This document shows, piece after piece, positions 8,166-16,441 of a DNA stretch of 35,614 nucleotides. The stretch covers positions 1-35,614 of the forward strand of contig CADBSM010000080.1 in assembly GCA_902797315.1 (NCBI GenBank), read 5' to 3'. Each line of letters starts with the position of its first letter. Position 1 is the first letter of the stretch. The stretch comes from an uncultured Pseudomonadota bacterium. GTDB taxonomy: Bacteria > Pseudomonadota > Alphaproteobacteria > RF32 > CAG-239. The notes under the pieces were generated by a model that saw only the letters and a program-made list of their open reading frames with translations, did not search any database and had not been told where the DNA came from. A program made the translations under genes and the position numbers.

Positions 8166-9929
8166 ATGGTTAAAGTAACAATTAATGGTATAGAAGTTGA
8201 AGCAAAAGATGGGTCAAGCATTTTAGATGCTGCACGTCTGGCTGCAGTTCATATTCCAACACTGTGTAAACACCCAGATGTTGATCCTTCGGCAGGTTGC
8301 GGTCTGTGTATTGTCAAAGTCGGCGGACGTATTATGCGTTCTTGTTGTACACCCGTTTCTGATGGTATGCAAATTGTGACAGAAGACGAGGAATTGCAGC
8401 AAATTAGAAAAACCGTTTTAAAGCTGATTTTGAGCAACCACCCGAATGATTGCTTGAATTGTTCTCGAAGCGGTAGCTGTGAATTGCAAGATATGACAGC
8501 TCAAATGGGCATTGATCAAAATGAAATTATCAAAATGCTTTCGCAAGAACCTAAAGACGATACAACTAAAGCAATTGTTCTTGATCCTTCAAAATGTATT
8601 GTCTGCGGTAGATGTGTTAACATTTGCCAGAATGTTCAAAACGTTTGGGCTTTAAGCTATTTGAACAGGGGATTTGTGACCAAAGTAACAGGCGCTAACG
8701 ATACAAAACTTGGCGATTCTCCTTGCATTAAATGCGGTCAATGTGCGGCCCATTGCCCTGTCGGTGCAATTACTGATTATGATAACACAGATAAAGTGTT
8801 TGAACTTTTGGCAAACAAAGACTACATAACGGTTGTGCAAATTGCACCGGCTGTGCGTGTGGCTTTAGGTGAAGAGTTCGGTTTTGATTTTGGAAGCAAT
8901 TTAACGGGTAAAATTTATGCTGCTTTACGTAGACTTGGTTTTTCAAAAGTTTTCGATACCAATTTCGGTGCAGATTTGACTATCATTGAAGAGGCTTCAG
9001 AGTTTGTGAAACGTTTTACCCAAAACGATCATCTGCCAATGTTTACGTCTTGCTGCCCAGCGTGGGTTGACTATTTAGAAAAATATTATCCGGAGAATAT
9101 TCCAAACTTGTCATCTTGTAAATCGCCTCATGAAATGGTTGGTGCCATGGCAAAGACTTATTGGGCAGAAAAAGCAGGGGTAGATTCGTCTAAAGTCAAA
9201 GTTGTGTCTGTTATGCCCTGTACAGCTAAAAAATGGGAAATTTCCAGAGACGAGACAATGAGTTCTTCAGGATATCAAGATGTTGATGAGGTGATTACCA
9301 CTCGAGAGCTTGCTAAAATGATTAAACGTGCTGGTATTGATTTTAAGAACTTAAAAGAGGAAGAAGCAGACAATCCACTTGGAGAATATTCCGGTGCGGC
9401 AACAATTTTTGGTGTGACCGGCGGCGTGATGACCGCAGCTTTAAGAACAGCATACTTCTACATTACAGGCGAGGAATTAGGTGCGTTTAATTTTGAAGCC
9501 ATTGAAGGTTTGGAGGCTGTTAAAGTTGCAGAAATTGATATCAAAGGGACGAAAGTACGTATTGCAGTCGTCAATGGTGTCGGCAATGTCGAACCAGTGA
9601 TGGAGCAAATTAATCAAGCGATTTTAAATGGTTTAGAGCTTCCTTATCACTTTGTTGAAGTCATGGCTTGTCCAGGCGGCTGTATTGCGGGCGGCGGACA
9701 ACCGCGCGTTATGGGGCAACGTTTTGAAAAGCCTTGGGGTATTAATGATGAAATTAGAAAGCTCCGTTCATGCGGCTTGAATTGTGAAGATGCCTGCGCT
9801 CAAAACAGATTGTCTCATAAAAATGAATCAATTCAAAAGCTTTATGAGAATTATCTTGGTAAACCTGGCGATGAAAAAGCACATCATCTTTTACATACAA
9901 AATATACAAAACGTGCTTTGTATAAATAG
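8166..9929 (+). CDS. hydA: [FeFe]-hydrogenase catalytic subunit (M3-type architecture)
   Basis: H-cluster motifs L1 FTSCCPAW, L2 MPCTAKKWE and L3 EVMACPGGCIAGGGQP. The N-terminus carries a [2Fe-2S] ferredoxin-like domain, a His-ligated cluster HPNDCLNCSRSGSCELQ, and two CxxCxxCxxxCP motifs. Confidence 0.93.
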   Translation: MVKVTINGIEVEAKDGSSILDAARLAAVHIPTLCKHPDVDPSAGCGLCIVKVGGRIMRSCCTPVSDGMQIVTEDEELQQIRKTVLKLILSNHPNDCLNCSRSGSCELQDMTAQMGIDQNEIIKMLSQEPKDDTTKAIVLDPSKCIVCGRCVNICQNVQNVWALSYLNRGFVTKVTGANDTKLGDSPCIKCGQCAAHCPVGAITDYDNTDKVFELLANKDYITVVQIAPAVRVALGEEFGFDFGSNLTGKIYAALRRLGFSKVFDTNFGADLTIIEEASEFVKRFTQNDHLPMFTSCCPAWVDYLEKYYPENIPNLSSCKSPHEMVGAMAKTYWAEKAGVDSSKVKVVSVMPCTAKKWEISRDETMSSSGYQDVDEVITTRELAKMIKRAGIDFKNLKEEEADNPLGEYSGAATIFGVTGGVMTAALRTAYFYITGEELGAFNFEAIEGLEAVKVAEIDIKGTKVRIAVVNGVGNVEPVMEQINQAILNGLELPYHFVEVMACPGGCIAGGGQPRVMGQRFEKPWGINDEIRKLRSCGLNCEDACAQNRLSHKNESIQKLYENYLGKPGDEKAHHLLHTKYTKRALYK

Positions 9930-9945
9930 GCTATTTTGATAAAAT

Positions 9946-9979
9946 AAAGAACCGCTGAATTTTCATTCAGCGGTTCTTT
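9946..9979. terminator. Bidirectional terminator (15-bp perfect stem)
   Basis: aaagaaccgctgaat (9946-9960) / attcagcggttcttt (9965-9979) with loop tttc. It lies between convergent hydA and the ORF at 9981-10379. Confidence 0.85.
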
Positions 9980-9980
9980 A

Positions 9981-10379
9981 TTATTCATACCAAAGCCAAG
10001 AGATGATTCTTTTGAACAGTGTTGGAATCTTACGAAATGGATTTTGGATTTTAGTTGTCCGGATTTTTGAAATTCGGCGCACCAGAAAGTCTAGGCATAA
10101 TAGCACTAGTTGTACTGTAAACATCCAAAATACGCAGATTGACAAACAACCAAGGAATAATACGACATTTCCCCCAAAAGTTTCAGCGGGGCTTGTGATG
10201 ACTGCAATAAGCAACAATATCGGGCATAAAACTATACCGATACGGCAAATTCTTTGAAGCCAGATGTTTTGCATTTTCAATTCCAACGAACAGGCATAGG
10301 AATTTGTTGCAAAAAAAACTTGGCAACAGGCGACAAAGGTTAGGATGCTTGCTACGGTGATGAGTATAATATCTGCCAT
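9981..10379 (-). CDS. Small hydrophobic membrane protein (about 3 TM segments), unknown function
   Basis: A 132-aa ORF with three long hydrophobic stretches and a basic C-terminal tail. It abuts the terminator. Confidence 0.5.
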   Translation of the reverse strand: MADIILITVASILTFVACCQVFFATNSYACSLELKMQNIWLQRICRIGIVLCPILLLIAVITSPAETFGGNVVLFLGCLSICVFWMFTVQLVLLCLDFLVRRISKIRTTKIQNPFRKIPTLFKRIISWLWYE

Positions 10380-10393
10380 AATATGAATAAAAA

Positions 10394-10780
10394 TTAGTTG
10401 TGATAAAAACTGCTGTCTCCATGCAAAAGCCAGCCCAAAAAAGTTTTCATGAGGTCAGCAATTTTTGCGGCAAGCAATACGCAAAGCCAAAAAAAAGCAA
10501 CCCCACAGCATACAAGAACAGGTCCAAATATCAAATTGATCACAACCGACCAGCTTTTATTAGGTGGAATTTCACCAAAAAATGCAAATGGAGTCGGAAT
10601 GGCAATCAAAGAGGTGACAACCCATAATAAGATAAGGATAACGAACATAAGTCGCACCGCAAATTGAACAGTCTTGTTTCGATAGCAAAAAGTGCCAAAA
10701 GAGTCGACACTTTCCCGACCCTCCATATAGGAGAGAAACAGGGCAATGATAAACATTGCAAGTATTAAAAAGTGACACAT
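10394..10780 (-). CDS. Small hydrophobic membrane protein (about 3 TM segments), unknown function
   Basis: A 128-aa ORF in tandem with the previous one, with similar size and topology. Confidence 0.5.
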   Translation of the reverse strand: MCHFLILAMFIIALFLSYMEGRESVDSFGTFCYRNKTVQFAVRLMFVILILLWVVTSLIAIPTPFAFFGEIPPNKSWSVVINLIFGPVLVCCGVAFFWLCVLLAAKIADLMKTFLGWLLHGDSSFYHN

Positions 10781-10941
10781 AAATAATAAGATAAAAAATA
10801 TTAAAGCATTTGAATTTTAGACGAAAAGAAAAAAAAGTCAACACATATTTTGATAAAAAATCGGTACGGCTCTTGACAACAGATTTTTGAAACACTACCT
10901 AAACATTAGTTCAAAATTTTTAATAAAAAGGAATGATTGAA

Positions 10942-11229
10942 ATGAATATTAAACCATTACATGATCGTGTTTTGATCAAGCGTATTGAAGATATGCAAAA
11001 AACAGCCGGCGGAATTATTATTCCGGATACGGCAAAAGAAAAACCTTCTGAAGGTGTTGTTGAAGCCGTTGGACAAGGCCGCTTAACACCGGAGGGCAAA
11101 CTTGCTCCAATGACAGTGAAAGTCGGTGATAAAGTTCTTTTTGGTAAGTATGCCGGAACAGAGGTTAAACTTGATGGTGAACCGAGATTGATTATCAGAG
11201 AAGAAGATATTTTAGCAATTGTTGAATAA
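10942..11229 (+). CDS. groES: Co-chaperonin GroES
   Basis: [14 protein letters not shown]...[13 protein letters not shown]...[14 protein letters not shown]. The start at 10942 gives the canonical 95-aa length. Confidence 0.93.
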   Translation: MNIKPLHDRVLIKRIEDMQKTAGGIIIPDTAKEKPSEGVVEAVGQGRLTPEGKLAPMTVKVGDKVLFGKYAGTEVKLDGEPRLIIREEDILAIVE

Positions 11230-12894
<1,665 letters not shown>

Positions 12895-12909
12895 GTAGAT
12901 ACTGAGTAC

Positions 12910-12941
12910 AAAAGACCTGTTTGAAACAAAGCAGGTCTTTT
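12910..12941 (+). terminator. Rho-independent terminator after groEL
   Basis: aaaagacctg (12910-12919) / caggtctttt (12932-12941). Confidence 0.6.
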
Positions 12942-13043
12942 GAGGATATGTTTTTATCTTTTTTGCTTGCAAATAAAATAAAAATGTGTTCTAATAGGTA
13001 CTGATTTAGAATTTTTGTTCAACTATAAAAAAGAGAAAAGATT

Positions 13044-13442
13044 ATGGTAAAAGCAAGTGCACTCGAAAATGTCAACGCAATGGTTTTAACCGAAAAGCTC
13101 GGTGAATTTATCAAAGAGTCTAAAGTTAAAGCGCTTAGTGATAAGTGCCGTATTGTTCGAATGACTTTGTCGCAAAAAATTCATCACTTTCCGGTCAATA
13201 TACCTTTCATTGCGGCTGTTGTTGAATGTGAAGAAGGAAAACAGGCTGTCTTTTTCATCAAGCGCAAAAAATTCGCGCTCATTGAAGGAGGGGCTATCTC
13301 TTCTTCTAAAAGCGTCGGAGAAAGCTTTGAAATTGATAAAGTAAAGTACGTTCTCGAGGATACAATCAACGGAATGCCTCGCTATAAGCCGGTATTCCCG
13401 AAGTCAGACAAAGCGGCAAGAAAGGCCGTTGAAGTCGAATAG
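13044..13442 (+). CDS. Hypothetical protein (132 aa)
   Basis: An ORF preceded by AAGAGAAAAG. I recognise no motif. Confidence 0.5.
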   Translation: MVKASALENVNAMVLTEKLGEFIKESKVKALSDKCRIVRMTLSQKIHHFPVNIPFIAAVVECEEGKQAVFFIKRKKFALIEGGAISSSKSVGESFEIDKVKYVLEDTINGMPRYKPVFPKSDKAARKAVEVE

Positions 13443-13467
13443 TTTCACTACTTAAAATTATTGGGGT

Positions 13468-13668
13468 ATGGAAAGAGTTATTTTTTGTGTAGTAGCTGTT
13501 ATGGGGTTGTTTTTTGTTGCATCATCGAACAACTCAGGCAGTTCTCGCCGCCAGGTGCAAAACTTTCGAATGCCGCTGTATGCGGTTAAAGTTGAAGATG
13601 AAGCGCTGGAGGCCGTGAGAAAGTATGGAAAGTTGAATGCTCTCCGCGATGGTAAACGCATTTTCTAG
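13468..13668 (+). CDS. Possible small exported protein (66 aa)
   Basis: Hydrophobic N-terminus MERVIFCVVAVMGLFFVASS. A very strong terminator follows immediately. The RBS is weak. Confidence 0.35.
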   Translation: MERVIFCVVAVMGLFFVASSNNSGSSRRQVQNFRMPLYAVKVEDEALEAVRKYGKLNALRDGKRIF

Positions 13669-13673
13669 CAATT

Positions 13674-13713
13674 AACAAAACCCCTTCGAACATTTGTTCG
13701 AAGGGGTTTTGTT
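13674..13713. terminator. Bidirectional terminator (about 18-bp stem)
   Basis: aacaaaaccccttcgaac / gttcgaaggggttttgtt. It overlaps the stop codon of the convergent minus-strand ORF. Confidence 0.85.
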
Positions 13714-14269
13714 AACAGTCTTTAGTCTGGTCGTTTTTATCGACTTCCATGACCGAAACTTTATAATACCCATGGTGTTTAATGTAAATCACTTTTACTT
13801 TTAAGGTCAACCCTTTTGTAAATCGCCTTTCATCACCGACACAATCCAACTTGACTAAAAAGGTTCGGCATCCTTCTTTAATCTTTCCCACAGCAATATC
13901 CTGCACAAAGTACAAGCCGCGTCTTTGGGTTGTGAGATAACATGATTGCATCTCATAGATTTTATCCTTTTTTAGAGTATTGGGCCCCATTAAAAGCCAA
14001 GTACGATAAATGGTAAAATAAACAATACCATAAACCAAGATTCTTAAAATCCAGTCTTTCCCGGGCGGAAAAATCAGATTTATATGTACAATCAGACACC
14101 CTAAAATGATGGCCTCAGTGAGGCAAATTGCGTTTAAAAGGTTCGTGTTCACATAAAATCGCAAATTATGGGAGGCGAAATTAAAAAGCAGATGAACAAA
14201 AAAAACCATGCCTAAAATTAAGCAAAAAACATCATAACTCATAATCGTCAAATTTATAAAATGAAACAA
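13712..14269 (-). CDS. Membrane protein, unknown function
   Basis: The N-terminal half has 3-4 hydrophobic helices and the C-terminal ~70 aa are soluble. An alternative start is ATG 14242. Confidence 0.55.
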   Translation of the reverse strand: MFHFINLTIMSYDVFCLILGMVFFVHLLFNFASHNLRFYVNTNLLNAICLTEAIILGCLIVHINLIFPPGKDWILRILVYGIVYFTIYRTWLLMGPNTLKKDKIYEMQSCYLTTQRRGLYFVQDIAVGKIKEGCRTFLVKLDCVGDERRFTKGLTLKVKVIYIKHHGYYKVSVMEVDKNDQTKDC

Positions 14270-14334
14270 AAATACAAATAAGAGTTCATATTATAAATCT
14301 GAAAAGCTGTTTTGTCAAGAAAAATAAAGAAGAG

Positions 14335-14913
14335 TTATAAACTCTTCTTAAATTTTTGAACGGTGTTATAAAATTCTTGAAAGAGTTTGTTGTTTTCATC
14401 TCGGCTTAAAATAGCTTCAGCCATTTGTTCATAATACCAAAGTTGTTTATCTTTGCCGCGATGAAATTTTTTCCATAAATCTTCACCTAAAATGGCATAG
14501 TCATCAATAATGGTCTTAAAATTGTGGAGTTTGTCGGCACAAATCACATAAAGAGTGTCCATATTGGCATTTGTTTGAACGTCTTTGATTGTATGTTCTT
14601 TTCTTGATTGCCAATCAAGAGTTTCATGTTCAGGTTCTGAAGCGCCGATAACAAGGTTTTTAACGCGCAGCCCAAAGGTGTCTTCAAGTTCTTGAGCGGT
14701 GCCTTGTGTATCTTCTAAAATATCGTGCAAAATTCCAGCCTGAATAATTTCAACATCATCAGTGTAACGCATCAGAATTTCCATGACGCCGACAGGATGA
14801 ATGATGTAAGGAATTTTGCTTGATTTTCGAGTTTGATTAACCTTGCCGTGATGATGAAGCGCAAAAGAAAGCGCTTTATATAACTTTTCAACAAACACTA
14901 CATCTTCTGTCAT
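14335..14913 (-). CDS. Stand-alone HD-domain (p)ppGpp hydrolase (small alarmone hydrolase, RelA/SpoT hydrolase-domain only)
   Basis: HHGKVNQTRK..PYIIHPVGV...GILHDILEDT is the RelA/SpoT HD hydrolase signature. At 192 aa there is no synthetase, TGS or ACT region. Confidence 0.8.
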   Translation of the reverse strand: MTEDVVFVEKLYKALSFALHHHGKVNQTRKSSKIPYIIHPVGVMEILMRYTDDVEIIQAGILHDILEDTQGTAQELEDTFGLRVKNLVIGASEPEHETLDWQSRKEHTIKDVQTNANMDTLYVICADKLHNFKTIIDDYAILGEDLWKKFHRGKDKQLWYYEQMAEAILSRDENNKLFQEFYNTVQKFKKSL

Positions 14914-14925
14914 GAAATTCTTTCC

Positions 14926-15303
14926 TTATTTAAATTTTTGAACATACATGTCAAACTTTTTGGCATCACGTTCTGACCAGCCCATAATATAGTGGTCGCC
15001 CATGCAAAACAGGGGTGTCCCAAGCGAATTCTGATTTAGGTTGAATTTTTTGACGCAAGCCATAAATAATTGATAATTTTGCTTTTGGCGAACATCTAAA
15101 TAACGCATATCTAGATAAGGATATTTACCTTTAACGTATGCGGCGGCGTGGTGACAATGAGTGCAACCATGTTGATAAAAAAAGTAAATTTGATGTGCAT
15201 CAAGTTCATGTAATACAACTTGGTCTTGTTCGTTCTTTTCAGCGCAGGCGGACAAGCTTAAAGCAAAGCTCAAAATAAATACTCTGAAAAATTGCAAAAA
15301 CAT
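14926..15303 (-). CDS. Thioredoxin/glutaredoxin-fold CxxC lipoprotein (periplasmic thiol:disulfide oxidoreductase-like)
   Basis: With the start at ATG 15303 the N-terminus is MFLQFFRVFILSFALSLSAC, a lipobox L-S-A-C. The redox motif is CTHC. The longer track ORF (to 15354) would overlap the upstream gene by 35 nt. Confidence 0.65.
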   Translation of the reverse strand: MFLQFFRVFILSFALSLSACAEKNEQDQVVLHELDAHQIYFFYQHGCTHCHHAAAYVKGKYPYLDMRYLDVRQKQNYQLFMACVKKFNLNQNSLGTPLFCMGDHYIMGWSERDAKKFDMYVQKFK

Positions 15304-15319
15304 CGTTGTTAAAGAGCCC

Positions 15320-15898
15320 TTATTCAATGCAACAATCCACTGCTTTTCTGACAAAAGCTTTCATTTTTGAGAGAGCGCCTTGTGGCTTATCTTTATTGGC
15401 ATCTTCTTTCATGCTAACAGAATCGTTGATTTTTTCAGCAATTTTTTTGACATCTTCAACGCTGTCTTCAACCCATTTGGCGTTTTCAATAGAAAGCATA
15501 TTCATGTTTAAGCCCCAAAACAAGCAATACATATCATATGCCTTGTTGAACAAATCATATGCTTGTTCTTTGTTGCCAAGACTTTGTTGCTTAGTTCCCA
15601 CTTCCATCAAACGCATCGAGGTTGCAAGCAAATGTTTTGAAATGCACCAAACTTCACCTTCATAAGAGGGAATAATTTTTTGCATTAAACGTTTTCTTGT
15701 TTCTCTGACTTCTTCAATTAAATCGTAAAATGATGTTTTGCCCGTTTTCGCACCTGAAAAAACCAAGTGTTCTTCAATGGAAATAAGGTTCATAATTGCA
15801 ATAGTCAAATCCTGATCTGAAGATAAATCCTTTGGGTTGACCTTTTTAGAGGCATCAATTCGTTCAACGAATTCTTTAAGGTTTTGAGCTTTTTTCAT
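15320..15898 (-). CDS. Hypothetical protein (192 aa), first gene of a three-gene minus-strand operon
   Basis: A clean ORF that is helical and charged, ending in DCCIE. I recognise no family. Confidence 0.6.
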   Translation of the reverse strand: MKKAQNLKEFVERIDASKKVNPKDLSSDQDLTIAIMNLISIEEHLVFSGAKTGKTSFYDLIEEVRETRKRLMQKIIPSYEGEVWCISKHLLATSMRLMEVGTKQQSLGNKEQAYDLFNKAYDMYCLFWGLNMNMLSIENAKWVEDSVEDVKKIAEKINDSVSMKEDANKDKPQGALSKMKAFVRKAVDCCIE

Positions 15899-15974
15899 TG
15901 TATTTTTCTCCCTAGATTCCTGTTACTCAAGTATGGGGTTTATTTTTAAAAATACAATATCTTTTTTGGTTTGT

Positions 15975-16022
15975 TCAATAAAAAAAATCCGTTTGTAAAG
16001 AAAACGGATAATGGGGCGGACG
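15975..16022. repeat. Direct repeat copy 1: duplicate of the tRNA-His 3' end plus its terminator
   Basis: tcaataaaaaaaatccgtttgtaaagaaaacggataatggggcggacg is identical to 16183-16229 except for one extra A in the A-run. Confidence 0.9.
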
Positions 16023-16182
16023 GCCGTAGGAGCAAAAACAATTTGGGGAATTGTTTTTGCCATAGGGCATCAGTTGTCGTTAATTTGCTTTTTGAGAGAA
16101 GCAAAAAGCAAATGTTACGATAACTTGACCGAAGCGAATAAGAAAATCTTATGAGCAAGACCGGGCTCGAAGAGACCGATCG

Positions 16183-16229
16183 TCAATAAAAAAATCCGTT
16201 TGTAAAGAAAACGGATAATGGGGCGGACG
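16183..16229. repeat. Direct repeat copy 2: authentic tRNA-His 3' end (11 nt) plus terminator
   Basis: The same 47-nt string, overlapping the last 11 nt of tRNA-His. Confidence 0.9.
16188..16216 (-). terminator. Rho-independent terminator of tRNA-His
   Basis: On the minus strand: TCCGTTT-TCTTTAC-AAACGGA followed by seven T. Confidence 0.75.
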
Positions 16230-16295
16230 ATCGGGCTCGAACCGACGACAACCGGTACCACAAACCGGGGCTCTACCAACTGAGCTACGTCCGCC
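16219..16295 (-). tRNA. tRNA-His (anticodon GUG) with encoded G-1 and CCA
   Basis: The reverse complement is G(-1)-GCGGACG-TA-GCTC-AGTTGGTA-GAGC-C-CCGGT-TTGTGGT-ACCGG-TTGTC-GTCGG-TTCGAGC-CCGAT-CGTCCGC-C-CCA. G-1 opposite C73 is the bacterial tRNA-His hallmark. Confidence 0.92.
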
Positions 16296-16441
16296 ATCTG
16301 TGAATGTCTTTTAACGTTAATCTTTTTAAAAGTCAACATAAAAATTTTTTTAATTTAAATTATTTTTCAAAATTAACTCTTTGTTTGATTTTTATCCTTA
16401 ATCTGTCATCACAATTTGTCATAAAAAGTTAGGAAAAATCA

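Noticed and set aside
6657-8840. Several 60-113-aa ORFs on both strands inside hydB and hydA.
   Set aside because: They are fully embedded in genes with unambiguous cofactor-binding motifs, so they are out-of-frame artefacts.
10781-10941. A search for a CIRCE/HrcA operator (TTAGCACTC-N9-GAGTGCTAA) or a clear sigma32 promoter upstream of groES.
   Set aside because: No CIRCE-like inverted repeat is present. ctcttgacaa at ~10870 resembles a -35 CTTGAA, but I could not find a convincing CCCCAT-type -10, so it is not reported as a feature.
12989-13011. The small palindrome ttctaa-N11-ttagaa upstream of ORF 13044, considered as a possible operator.
   Set aside because: Six-bp AT-rich arms are expected by chance in this composition, and nothing else supports it.
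15306-15665. A 119-aa + strand ORF.
   Set aside because: It is antisense to the minus-strand operon (15320-15898 and 14926-15303), and its Ser/Leu-rich translation is low-complexity.
16023-16182. Possible two-piece (permuted) alphaproteobacterial tmRNA, prompted by AACGACAAC (the ANDN-type tag start) on the minus strand and a tRNA-like 3' end.
   Set aside because: AACGACAAC is followed immediately by TGA (N-D-N-stop) and no ...LAA/VAA tag end is present. There is no complementary 5' acceptor strand (GGGCGGACG) on the same strand, and the T-arm-like piece does not fold canonically. I kept it only as an att-scar or unknown-RNA observation.
15946-16339. Track ORFs 15946-16158 (-) and 16115-16339 (-).
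   Set aside because: They run through tRNA-His, its terminator and the duplicated segment. They have no RBS and are low-complexity, so they are spurious.
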